From contig OX597815.1 of assembly GCA_951406725.2 (NCBI GenBank), forward strand, positions 55,366,001 to 55,430,000: a DNA stretch of 64,000 nucleotides, written 5' to 3'. The DNA comes from Octopus vulgaris (lineage: Eukaryota). Below, piece by piece: positions 41,197 through 53,821 of the stretch; the stretch's first letter is position 1; the number at the start of each line of letters is the position of its first letter. The notes beneath the pieces were generated by a model. That model was not told the origin of the DNA. It made no database searches and worked only from the letters and a program-made list of their open reading frames with translations. A program made the position numbers and the translations under genes.

Positions 41197-41234
41197 GATT
41201 GAACGCCACGCATCCTCTTCCAAGTAAGTTTTAT
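39470..41234. repeat. 41-bp direct repeat (39470-39510 and 41194-41234) bracketing repeat-derived sequence
   Basis: TATGATTGAACGCCACGCATCCTCTTCCAAGTAAGTTTTAT occurs at both ends. Confidence 0.85.
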
Positions 41235-41775
41235 TTTATATGTGTGTGGCGGGGGTGTACTGACTGAAACTATCCTAGAATATAAATTTAAGACATCTGT
41301 CACTTGGACGCAGTTGACTAATATTCATACATTGTGGTATGGTAATTTTTACCCAGAAATATAAAAGATATTAATTGGATCATAATATTACAGACAAGTG
41401 ATTGGTGAATAAGAGGTACCTGATTGATTGGTCAGTCTTTATTCTCATTCATTTGCAAATCGCTCTTTATTTACAATCCTAAAAGTATAAAACATTTGCT
41501 GGTAGAACAACAACATGGATAATAATAATAACATAGATGAGAACAAACAGAGAGAGAGAGAGAGAGAAGCATACAGAACAAGGGTCAAGCATAGCAGCAG
41601 AAGAAACGCGCAAGAAATAAATGTCAACATAGCGAAGGAAGGGAACTCTAAATCCACAAACATTAGCAACGCGAAACACACTAAAGGCAACACCACCATT
41701 AGCTGCAGCAATTAAATGGAGTCGCTTGAAACGGTCGTACTGCATTACTACTTGATATCCTGTTGCTTATTTTTA

Positions 41776-41879
<104 letters not shown>

Positions 41880-41880
41880 A

Positions 41881-42209
41881 ATATTAGGGAATAAATCCAA
41901 ACTTACAGGGAAAAATCAGATTTAGGATTGAATCCAATTTTATAGTAAAATATTATATTATATTAAATTAGAGACAAAACCACTATTAGGCAAATCAAAC
42001 AATGAAAGACTTAAGCCAATACATATGATTAATTTATATTATTTAAATATGTAACAAAATTATCAAAAAATATAATTAATTAATATCCCACAATTAATTA
42101 TATTTTTTGATAATTTTGTTACATATTTAAATAATATAAATTAATCATATATATTGGCTTAAGTCTTTCATTGTTTGATTTGCCTAATAGTGGTTTTGTC
42201 TCTAATTTA

Positions 42210-42218
<9 letters not shown>
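41881..42218. mobile_element. Penelope-like AT-rich repeat end with a ~125-bp-arm fold-back
   Basis: Arms 41954-42080 and 42093-42218 are inverted. Same family as 47690-49360 (ATTAGAGA.AAAACCACTATTAGGCAAATCAAACA). Confidence 0.65.
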
Positions 42219-42259
<41 letters not shown>

Positions 42260-42759
42260 CATATATATAATACATACATACATACACACACACTTGCACT
42301 CATGTACAAATACATGTATATACACGCCTGTATATGAATACATACGCATACATGCACACACATACACCTACTCACATCTCGGCATAGCTACATACACACA
42401 TCTACTCACATATACAGATATATACATATATATACACACACATATGCATATACATGCGCATACGTGTGCATAAGTACATACACATGCATACATAAATACC
42501 CACTTACAACTCCGCATATACGCGCGCTTACGTGTGCATAAGTACATACATATGCATACATAAACACCCACTCATATAGCTACATACACACATCTACTCA
42601 CATCGACAGATATATACATATACATACACACGAAAGTATATATGTATGCATATATATATACACATAAGCGTATATGCTCCACCCCACCCCCACTCATATA
42701 TGTAGCGAGCTGGATGAAAGATGTGATATCAGGTCGATATAATGAAGCCCACTACTAAA

Positions 42760-44853
42760 TGTAGTGGTGTAGATGCAACGCTTGAAGGTTCTCGCGTCGG
42801 AGTACCAATAAACATCGAAGAATCAACACCAAGAAGGAAGAAATATTATTTACATATATTTATTCGTTTGCCCGACAGGTAGTTAAAGATACAGCAGCAA
42901 TTCTAGTGATAGTGACAATGTTGGCTTGCTGGTTAGTAGTTGATAGTGTAAAAAAAAGGGTTGTCTGTCAGTAGAGAGTGAAATAGTATGGAATGCACGA
43001 TGCTGACTAGAAAGGATAAAGGTGGCATCCCTTTCTTGCGACCAAAAACCTCTCTTCGCATGTCGAGCGAAGTGCTGCCCTTGATTAAAGCTGACGCAAA
43101 AGCGGGTGCTGCTAGTTGGTCTGGCTGACACAAAAGAGAGGGTGTTGCTCCTTGGACATAGCTGACACATTAGAGGAAGAGATAGGAAATACTCTCTGTT
43201 ATATAGACTATGGTTAGTAATGTAGGTCAAACCCTAAACAAAGGACTGACCTTTCCTTGACCAGCACAGGTCCTAACGGGGTCAAGTATTTCCTCATCAA
43301 TCATCTAGTGTGGAGAGGATTTCCCACTCGTTTTCACAAGCAACAAGCGGGTGGATTTGGTTTCAAATCTTAGGCAGGGTCAAGCTAGATTCCTACACTA
43401 CTCCCCTGCTAGATAGCTTCTAAAAAAAGAAACGAACAATCTAGGGGAAAATGCATTTTAGGACAAGGTGAAAATAACGTTCAATTGGGAAAAGTATTTT
43501 GTTGTTGGTGAATTTGATGCAAGGCTGATAAAAATTGTGCATATCAGGAGAGAGAACCTTGAGAAGTTATACAGGACAGGTATCTATTCACGTGAGTCCG
43601 AATAACGGTGTGGCTTCGCGTGCAAAGAATGCAGAATATGCCAGTCGGTGCGCGACTGGGGCATAGTGAATGAGCGCTGGATGTGCCAGTGACTGAAGCA
43701 ATGAATGAGCGTACACTTGAGTGTGAGAGAAAGTCCTGCAGCTGTGAAATAAGCTGAGGTGTGTGCATTCTCTATCCATAATATCAGCAAAAGTTTTCTT
43801 GCAGGATTGCATTTTGCGCGAAAATGCCTTGAAGGGGGTGCAGAAGGGAAATGTGTCTGGCGTTGTTGTCGTAGGTATTTGCTAAGATTAGCCTGAATGA
43901 CGACAGTATGGCATGATGGCGCATTGCATAGGACTGACAATTTTCTCCATTAACTTCGTGACCAACTTGGGGTTGAAGTGGAGCTGACATCCAACTTATA
44001 CAGAGTCGGGAAAAAGAGCTCAGCGGGCATAGAAATGAGAAAAGGAAGCACTATGTTTTGGTTCATTTGTGTAAGTGGGTGCAGGCATGCAAGTTTGTGT
44101 CAACGTTGAGAAAAATTTTGTATTGTTTTACAAACAAACTACAAAGCAGTGCATAAATGGTCAGCGTAGGAAGAAAGAAATTGCAGACATTGAAAAGGAG
44201 AACTTTTAGCAGAAACCATGTAATAAAAACAGGTGAGCAATGCGTGTGCATGAAATGTGCAATGAGAAAAAATATTATAAAAATATAGAACATTCAAAAA
44301 CATGCATATGAATTTAGCTGTTTTAGTAAACCGAGTCGCCGCGGAATTAAGTGTTACATGTAAACAAATGAAGGTGTGCAGTTCAAACGAAACAGAATGA
44401 AAGTGACAAACTTGGTTAGAAAAGCTAAAAAGTAGCATTTCAAATGTAAAAATACGTGCACGCAAAGAAAGTTCAAGTCTATGTACAAAAGTACGCGTGG
44501 TATGCAGCTTAAATGCAGGACTGCGTTCAAAAAGTCTGTGGCTGTGGAAAACGTTGCATGTTCGGGCTTCCGTATTTTCCAGGTAGTTTTCTTTATGGCC
44601 GGATGTCTGTCGGCATGTTGCGCTTTTTGATTGTACATGTTTCTTCCGTGGCTGTGCAACGTAATAGAGTGCATTCTGTGGCAGGTCGAAAGTGCATAGT
44701 GAGTGTCCATTGTGTCGGCGTGTTCTTTTCTTTCGTGTTGTGTGACATTCGAAATGGAAACTGTGTATAGTGAAAGTTGTTATTCTTGTCTTCGATGTGA
44801 CGAGCATGATGTAAAAGCAGTAATTCTTGTGCTTGGGTCACCAGAATGTAGTG
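42760..44853 (-). mobile_element. Non-autonomous Gypsy-type LTR retroelement: 3' LTR 42760-43397, PPT, degenerate internal region, tRNA-Trp-like PBS, stub of the 5' LTR
   Basis: Minus strand CACTACA-TTC-TGGTGACCC (PBS 44834-44843). PPT AGCAGGGGAGTAG precedes TGTAGG at 43397. The LTR ends CACTACA at 42760 and contains AATAAA. Confidence 0.7.
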
Positions 44854-45238
44854 ACGAAATGGAAAATTTAACCGCAGAACAAAAAATTGGGTTAATGTTT
44901 ACATCTTGACCCAGAAACGAAAATCAGAATGAATAGTGCAATGGGTGTAGAAAATGTGTAGGAAACGAATATGAAGGAAAAAAAGTGCGCAAAGCAACGG
45001 GAGGGTGAGAGAGGTCCTTGGAAAATTCACAAGTTCCGAGTTTTTTCTTCATAACTTTTACGAAAATGGGGTTTTTTCAATGAAATTTTGTAGAAATACC
45101 TTTCAAACGGCATACATTACGATTATAAAGAAATTTGTGGGGAAAATCTTGGGATCCGGTAATTTTAGTAGGTATGTAAAAGATATTTTGTTTGGTTAAT
45201 GTTTACAACTTATAACATCAGCATTCGTTTATTATTCT

Positions 45239-46771
45239 GGATCTTTTCGGTTTGAACGGCAGTTTTTAACATAATTTCTAGGTAACTAAAAAATTTTAAA
45301 CTTAAAGACTGGTAGAATGTGTTTATAAAACATCATTTTCTCTTGGCTTTCTTGAGAAAATTCTGTAGTTTGTAACATATTTCGTCTTTAATTTTTTGCA
45401 TTTCGGCAATTTCAACCAATCAATTACGTCCATTGACGTAAACAACATTCTGTGCCGTATGAATACGCCCCTCGTTTAAGAAACAGATTGGGTTTCTGTG
45501 TTTATAAAACATCATTTTCTCTTGACTTTATTGAGAAAATTCTATAGTTTGTAAGATATTTTGGATCTTTTCGGTTTGAACGGTAGTTTTTTCTAGCGGT
45601 GTCATATGAAATTGTCAGGATCTGTTCGGTTTGAACGGCAGTTTTTAACATAATTTCTAGGTAACTAAAAAATTTTAAACATCGTATACTGGTAGAATGT
45701 GATTATAAAACATCTTTTTCTCTTGGCTTTATTGAGAAAATTCTATAGTTTGTAAGATATTTGTTGTTTTTTTCTTCAGTTTCTGCAATTTCTACCAATC
45801 AGTGACGTCCATTGAGGTAAAAAAACATTCTGTGCCGTATGAATATGTCCCTCGTTTAAGAAACAGATTGGGTTTATTTACATTTGTGAAGAAAAAAATC
45901 CCTTCCCCCACCCCTAACCCTAACCCTAAAAGAGATTGAAATGCAATAGATCGATTCTAGGGTCATAATTATGGGTGACAATTGGATCTTTTCCTTTTGA
46001 ACGGCACATGTCAACATAATTTCTAGTTAACTAAACACTTTAAAACTTCGTATACTGGTAGAATGTGTCAAAATAAAACCTTCTTTTCTCTTGGCTTTCT
46101 TGGGAAAATTGTAATTTGTTTGTTTAATGTAGTTTAATTTTTCGAATTTTAACCAATGAATCGCCTCTAGTGAGCTAAAATCATTTGCTGCGTCTAAAAC
46201 TGAGACAACACCCTAACCGTAGCCCTAAATTTTAGCCTTTCGTATTTTTTTTCTTAATTGTTAAATTCATTTAATTGTTACGCGTGTGTCTAAAATTATT
46301 CGTTTAGTTTTTGCTTTCGTTTTAGCCTTTCGTTATGTATACGTACGGAAAGCGTATGTATAAAATTATAGAATTATTTTGTTTGTTAATTATTTAAATT
46401 ATTTTCCATTGTTTTCGTTTTAGCCTTTCGTTTTTTTTTTTCTTAATTGTTATCCTTAAATTAATTTAACAATTAAGAAGAAAAAAACGAACGGCTAAAA
46501 TTTAGAGTTAGGGTGAGGGTTAGGGTTAGGGTTAGTAACTGGATGTTGTCTTAGTTTTAGACGCAGCAAATGATTTTAGCTCAATTAGAGGCAATTGATT
46601 GGTTAAAATTCGAAAAATTAAACTACGTTAAACAAACGAATTACAATTTTATCAAGAAAGCCAAGAGAAAAATATGTTTTATTTTGACACATTCTACCAG
46701 TATACGAAGTTTTAAAGTGTTTAGTTAACTAGAAATTGTGTTGACATGTGCCGTTCAAAAGGAAAAGATCC
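45239..46771. mobile_element. Nested cluster of GGATCTTTTC-family foldback/MITE elements with telomeric repeats
   Basis: TIR starts at 45239, 45563, 45618 and 45984. A complete element spans 45984-46771 with long inverted arms. CCCTAA/TTAGGG runs near 45911, 46211 and 46507. Confidence 0.85.
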
Positions 46772-46787
46772 GTAATTTTAACTTAAA

Positions 46788-46837
<50 letters not shown>

Positions 46838-46977
46838 CATTATTATTATTATTTTCACTTACCTCTCAAACAGGAATAATACTATGCAACATGATGTGAT
46901 TGTCTCTCGGCGGACACAAATATAACAAATTGTAATTTGAAATATCCCTTCCTTCGGCGTGCGCATATATGTGTATA

Positions 46978-47555
46978 CAGTAATACCTCTCTTTACGAGG
47001 ACCCACTTTACGAGAACCTAAGTTTATGAGTTTTATTTTTCAAGCACAAGATCCAAATTTTGAATGAAGTACAAAGTTTCTTCTACCATAACAAATGCCT
47101 CTACGTGTCACCGAGAACGGAAAAGCTTCTAAGCAAACAACTCTAGACTTATTTTTTAAAAAGAAATTTACAAGTCCGTCTAAAAGTGCTTGCAATTCGG
47201 CGATCGCGTCTACAAGTACTTGTAATTCGGCGATCGCGTCTACAAGTGATGGTGTGTGTGCACGAGTCTAGTGTGAGTGAAGGTGATACAGAAAAAGATT
47301 ATAATAATATTTTTTATTATAAATGATCTTGACATTTTTTAAATATTTTACATAAAATATTTTCTACATTATACTGTTGTTTTATTGCCATTTATTTACA
47401 AGTGTTATGAATTTTATTGGTACAATATTTTTCTGAGAACGAATTACGATTTGTAACATTGTTATTACCGGAAATTATCGCTCTGCTTTAAGAGTCTTCG
47501 CTTTACGAACGGTCTCTGGGAACAAAATAAGTTGTATATCGAGATTTTGAAATGT
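46978..47555. mobile_element. Possible Tc1/pogo (Tigger-like) MITE
   Basis: TA-CAGTAATACCTC start, repeated CTTTACGAG motifs, degenerate right end. Confidence 0.45.
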
Positions 47556-47593
47556 AATATTTCTAAAGATATATATATATCATGTATACATAC

Positions 47594-47689
<96 letters not shown>

Positions 47690-49360
47690 TATTAAATTAG
47701 AGATAAAACCACTATTAGGCAAATCAAACAGTGAAAATCATAAGCCAATACATAGAAATAAAATTAATTAAAAAATATATAAAAAATATAAAATATAAAA
47801 TATAAAAATCCAATTAAAATATTTAAATTAAAGTTAAAATTTTAAAAAAATTATTTAAATTAATAATTTAAACTTATAAATTTTGAATATATATATATAT
47901 ATTTATTATTATTTTATTTATTTATTTATTTATTTATAACTATCAAAAAGTATTAAAAGTTTAATATAAGATAAAGAGTAAAAACACTACGATCGTTTCA
48001 TGCCCGTAACCAATTCGAATAACAATAATTTAAATTCAATTAATAATTCGAATTATGGTTACAGTCAATCTTCAGGTTAATTGTAATATTTTAATAAATA
48101 ATCAGAAATATTTAAACAATATTTTTTAAGAAATAAATAATATAATAAATTTTCTTAAAAAACTATTATCAAACTAGAAACTTAACGATTATGATTATGT
48201 CAAAACAACGATTATAATGTTAAATATTAATTTTAATTTTTAAGTATTCATTTTTAAAGTAAGAAACCCACAAATAATCTAATATCAGTAATAGTGAATA
48301 TCTAATTATATAAATATTTTACAAAAAAAATGACTATTCATATTATTAAAATATAAAATTTAAATAATATATAAATTATCAATGAAAATATATAAATGTA
48401 TTTAAATATTGTAATTAAAATCTAAAATAATCTCTACAAATAAATATATATGCACGTATAATAAAGACCTAATAAATTAATTTTTCATATTTAAAGATGA
48501 AATAGCTAATTTCAAAAATACAAACAAACAATCTTAAACGAACGCTATAGAAAATTAACTATCTTTATATCTCGTTGGCTAAATAATAACTTTCAAAAAT
48601 CTTATATTTAAAATACTTAAAGAAATAATCAATTCGTAGTTATATAGTATCAAATAAATACTATAAATATATTTATCAATGGGAATAATATAACTAGCAA
48701 ATAACTATTTAAAAAGACAATATATAAGTTAAAATAATAATTATAAGAAATTTAAAACTACAATTAATGCTATTAATACATGTATATACATGAATCTAAC
48801 TTTAAACAACTCGTATACTTGCTATCAAACAACATATCTATCGCTAAGTAAATTCTTACGAATAAACTTAAAGTTAATATCTAATAATTATATAGAAAAT
48901 TACGATAATTAGATAAACAACGATATTTACATAAAAAAAACAATACTATTATACCATAAGACTTATAAAATATTAAAATTTAAAATTTAAAGATCTTAAA
49001 TATAAATATATACTTAGCTTAGTGAGGTTTTTTATAAAAAAATAAATAAATAAATAAAATAATAATAATAATATATATATATATATAATTTATAAGTTTG
49101 AATTATTAATTTAAATAATTTTTTAAAATTTTAACTTTAATTTAAATATTTTAATTGGATTTTTATATTTAATATTTTTTATATATTTTTTAATTAATTT
49201 TATTTCTATGTATTGGCTTATGATTTTCACTGTTTGATTTGCCTGATAGTGGTTTTATCTCTAATTTAATATAATATATATTTATACTATAAAATTAGAT
49301 TTAATCCTAAATCTAATTTTTCCCTGTAAGTTTGGATTTACTCCCTAATATTATTATATA
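47690..49360 (-). mobile_element. AT-rich Penelope-like non-autonomous element with an inverted terminal copy
   Basis: 47690-47940 is the reverse complement of ~49030-49270; the element contains a hammerhead motif. Confidence 0.65.
47985..48078 (-). ncRNA. Type I hammerhead ribozyme motif with extended stem II
   Basis: Minus strand AC-CTGAAGA-[CTGTAACCA..TTCGAAT/ATTCGAA..TGGTTACGG]-GAA-ACGATCGT-A-GT. Palindromic stem III; stem I is weak. Confidence 0.6.
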
Positions 49361-49384
49361 TATATATTATATATTATATATATA

Positions 49385-49447
<63 letters not shown>

Positions 49448-49839
49448 GGCGCAGGAGTGGCTGTGTGGTAAGTAGCTTGCTAACCAACCACATGGTTCCG
49501 AGTTCAGTCCTACTGCGTGGCATCTTGGGCAAGTGTCTTCTGCTATAGCCCCGGGCCGACCAATGCCTTGTGAGTGGATTTGTGAGACGGAAACTGAAAG
49601 AAGCCCGTCGTATATATGTATATGTATGTGTGTGTTTGTGTGTCTGTGTTTGTCCTCCTAGCATTGCTTGACAACCGATGCTGGTGTGTTTACGTCCCCG
49701 TCACTTACCGGTTCGGCAAAAGAGACCGATAGAATAAGTACTGGGCTTACAAAGAATAAGTCTCGGGGTCGATTTGCTCGACTAAAGGCGGTGCTCCAGC
49801 ATGGCCGCAATCAAATGACTGAAACAAGTAAAAGAGTAA
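49448..49839 (+). mobile_element. Full-length OK-like SINE in a (TA)n tract
   Basis: Same family as 26361. Confidence 0.92.
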
Positions 49840-50015
49840 TATATATATATATATATATAATATTATATATAATATAATATATTAGATTAAATTAAATAAA
49901 ATTAGACTTAGGATTATATATATATATATATATATATAAAGTGATATGTCTCCAGATTTAGAAATGTAATATTTCGAATTTATATATATATATACCGGAG
50001 TAAGCACATATATAT

Positions 50016-50970
50016 TGTTACGGAGATGAATAAACGGGAAAACGCTATGCCCTAGTTCCGTGGGTTGGAGTCGAACCGGCGGGGGAAAAAGTAATGGTTC
50101 TTTGTCTTGTCAACGGCAAGGTTAAGATTGAGTTTAGGAAGTACTTCTGACCCTTACACGGTCAGGGAAAGTTGAAAAAAAATGGGAATGCCACCCTTTA
50201 AAATGCGACGAACTGATGTTAGGGAGATCAGAGAGCGAAGGGCCGGAGAAGGGTTCTGTTGGCAAGAGACAGACAGCGATACGGACGGTCAGCCAAGAAG
50301 GTGGTGATGGCGAGAGGCAACGGCGAGGCGAAGAAGACAGGCAGAGAATAATGAGAAATTGGCAGGCGAGAGGTAGAGAAGAGGATGACAGCGAAGAAGC
50401 TGGACTACTTATAGTGGGTTCAGGAATATTTGGTATTGTTGTTTATGTTTTGATTTGTGTTTCGAACTTTAATGTTGAATTATGATGTTTTAAAAAAAAA
50501 GAGACTCTGTAAAAAGAACGTGTAATCTGTTTAAGAAAAAAGAAGAACTTGTAAATGTTTAAAGAAAATTGAGAACGAACTCTCTGTGTCTCTAAAAGAA
50601 GAGAGAGAAAAGAACATTAAGAAAAGAGAAAGACTTTGTTTGATTCTGTATTGTGTTGCATGTCAACCATTTTTGGAAAAGTCGATTTGTGTATTATGTT
50701 TGATTGATTTTGTAAAGTTATGAATTGTTAAATGCTTTTGTTTTTAAATGTATTTGAAATGTATTACGTTTAATTGATGTTGTAAAATTATATAAACTGT
50801 TGTTAAATGTAAGCAACTGCCTCCGCTGTCTCTCTCCTTTGTTGTTGTCTCCGATCACTGGTTTGCGTTCGCTGCCCAATTCCGCTTTCTGTGGTAGATT
50901 TCTGTTTGACTGAGCGTAGACGTCGTCGCCGACTTAGAGTTCTGAGTTGAGTTGAGCGACGGTCGTAACA
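50016..50970. mobile_element. Solo LTR (or short TIR element) with a 4-bp TSD
   Basis: Termini TGTTACG...CGTAACA; ATAT duplicated at 50012-50015 and 50971-50974. Confidence 0.7.
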
Positions 50971-51058
50971 ATATGAAACAAGGTGGTAAAAAAGAGTACT
51001 GAAATACCAGATGTAGAGTAACATGCTTTATTTAAAAGCTGCAGAAATATCACAAAAA

Positions 51059-51135
51059 CTGTTACTCAGAGTTTCGCGTTCTCGTTCGTCGGGAAGTTTT
51101 GTTAGAAAAACTGTCCGACGAAGGGGAACGTGAAA
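51059..51135. ncRNA. Inverted pair of hammerhead ribozyme motifs (complete on minus 51059-51096, partial on plus 51111-51135)
   Basis: Minus: CCGACGA-ACG(AGAA)CGC-GAA-ACTC-T-GAGT-A-ACAG. Plus: CTGT-CCGACGA-AGG(GGAA)CGT-GAAA. The consensus restores stem I CUGU/ACAG and stem II ACG/CGU. Confidence 0.65.
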
Positions 51136-51244
51136 TAATGTATGTGTGTGTATACATACATGCATGTATGCATGCATGCATACATACATACATACATACA
51201 TACATACATACATACATACATACATACATACATACATACATGCA

Positions 51245-51635
51245 TGGATGGGATGGAAGCACTCCGTCGGTAACGACGACGAGGGTTCCGGTTGATCCGA
51301 ATCAACGGAACAGCCTGCTCGTGAAATTAACGTGTAAGTGGCTGAGCACTCCACAGACACGTGTACCTTAACGTAGTTCTCGGGGATATTCAGCGTGACA
51401 CAGAGAATGACAAGGCCGGCCCTTTGAAATACAGGTACAACAGAAACAGGAAGTAAGAGTGAGAGAAAGTTGTGGTGAAAGAGTACAGCAGGGATCACCA
51501 CCATCCCCTGCCGGAGCCTCGTGGAGCTTTAGGTGTTTTCGCTCAATAAACACTCACAACGCACGGTCTGGGAATCGAAACCGCGATCCTATGACCGCGA
51601 GTCCGATGCCCTAACCACTGGGTCATTGCGCCTCC
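51245..51635 (-). mobile_element. tRNA-derived SINE (third family)
   Basis: Minus head GGAGGCGCAATGACCCAGTGGTTAGGGCATCGGACTCGCGGTCATAGGATCGCGGTTTCGATTCCC, followed by a non-tRNA body and a simple-repeat tail. Confidence 0.85.
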
Positions 51636-53429
51636 ACACATACATACATAGACATATATACATACACAGTGGTTGGCATCGTTAATCCATTAATTTTTGT
51701 AACGGAAGTTAACGTTAACTTTTTACTGAAAAAAAAAGCATAACTACAGTTTAATGCCCTACTGACTTCGTTGCCTCATAACATCCTGAAATATGGATAA
51801 TTTTTAACGAAACTTTCACCAAATAATCACCTATATCCTGTGGATTGAGTATATGTAAAGATTTGCTGGAAAAAATTTTCCGAGAGGTTGAGGAGAGGAG
51901 TTTTGGAAAATTCACAGGACCCGACATTTTCCCCCTCGTAACTTTCTGGAAAATAGGTATTTTTTAACGAAATTTTAAACAAATATCTTTCAAATGGTGT
52001 AGATTATGATTACAAAAAATTTGCAGGCAAAATTTTGGGAAGGGAGCGTGGGGGAGGAGTTTCTAGAAAACGGGGTTTCGGATCAGACGGCCCACATAAG
52101 TTGGAACTTCGCCGTTTTGACCGGGATTTTTTTCAAAGTTTTTCACCAAAGTCTTCAGAATGATGGGAGGCATCTTTTCACAAGAAAAAAAAAACAAAAA
52201 TTTTTTTTAATTTTGAAATTTTTTTCACTCCAGCCACCCCCACCCCCTCACCACCTCAGTCCGAAATGATTTTTGATCATTTTTTTTTTCATTACGCACT
52301 TAAAACCCGTGAGAGAAACGTTTTCAGTTGAAAAAATAATTGTTAATAATTTCAGATGAAAATGTCTTAAAGCGAGATCTGGCTATTGTTTCTAGTACAT
52401 CCCCAAACCTCCCTCCTCGCTTCTTTCACACTCACACAGCTATTAATATTTTTCAATATTTTTCTTCACATAAACAAATTTTATGGACTGATGATGTCAA
52501 GTAACACACGTTAGTATCAACCGAGCGAGGCCATGTTTTGTGTGTAAGAAAAAAACACCTAAAACATCTTTAGTGTTCTTATTAATCTGTCAAATGTAAT
52601 GCTTATTTATTCACGTTATTTTGAATTATTCAGGTTCAAGAGGGGTATCCACTGTATTTGCTTCTAACTTTGTAAATTTTTTACATACAGATTTGAAATT
52701 TTGTCAGTGGGTGCTTTATATACCACTGGTTTATAATATGTAATTTTAGCTGATCATGCTGAGTAAATTTGACTTTTATGGGCAGGTAAATTTAATTAAC
52801 AGGTGTAAAAGCAATAACATTATGGATAAACATGTTATTTAATTTGTAAACATTGTTATGATATGTGGGAGTCAGCTGGTGTGACTATAATAAGTTGTTG
52901 TTATGACTTGTTATGATTTGTTACTAAAATTATCCCAGATGGCAACAGACTAACATTTTGCCACTTTTCCAGATGTGGTATATTAATTTGAATTAATTAA
53001 AATACGGGTATAATCAGTACAAGACTGTATTCTTTCGGTTAATATTTCGTACCTCGGTGTGGAATATTTTTTTTTCAGTTTTATTCAGGTGCATTCAAAG
53101 TATCTGACCTCCAAACTCACCTCAAACCACTTTTTTCCGGAAAAGAAAGATGGGAGGGTGGTGAGGATCTCGAAGTTTCCCACCAAGGGAGTTTTGTTTT
53201 GCTGGTCTATTTTTGTTTTCCAGATTATTCTGTATGCTTTCAACGAATGTGGCATCGAAATCACGCGTAGACGGCTCCTTTTTCCAGAAAAGGAAAGATT
53301 TGGCTGTTATTTTTAGCATGCCCTACTACCACGTAACAGCTATTTACGTTCACACTGAAATATTTACGTTCACACCAAAATATTTACCAACTTTTTTCCT
53401 TCCATTTATTTTTTTCCCCTTTATGGAAG

Positions 53430-53598
53430 TTAATATTTTTTTCTGTTGACATCCACCTCAGCGAGGTCACGGATCAACTGGAAACACATTAATCACTGAT
53501 CCTTCTTGACAGGACAAAGAAATTTCCGGCAGTCTTTGCAAGCGACAACCGGGTGGATTTGGTTTCACATCCAGGCAGGGCCAAGCGAGGTCCTATAA
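53430..53598 (-). mobile_element. LTR remnant related to 42760-43397
   Basis: GGGTGGATTTGGTTTCA.ATC..GGCAGGG.CAAGC..G.TCCTA is shared with 43345-43397. Confidence 0.6.
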
Positions 53599-53821
53599 GT
53601 TATTTATAATAAGTGGCGTTATATTGGGGTTGGAAGAATGATGCATACAGTATTAAATATGCTAAGACAAAATGAAAACAACAGAAACTTTTAAACGTTT
53701 ACCGGTTTTTCTGAAATTTTGGGGTTAACGGACTTGAGTTAACGGAAGCTTAATGTAACGGAAGTTGATTAGTCCGATAATGATTTTCAAAGTTAACTTA
53801 AAAGTTAAATCGTTAACAAAA

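Noticed and set aside
51560-51635. tRNA gene
   Set aside because: The tRNA-like head continues into a SINE body and tail and has no proper acceptor stem. The same applies to 26361, 49448 and 62645.
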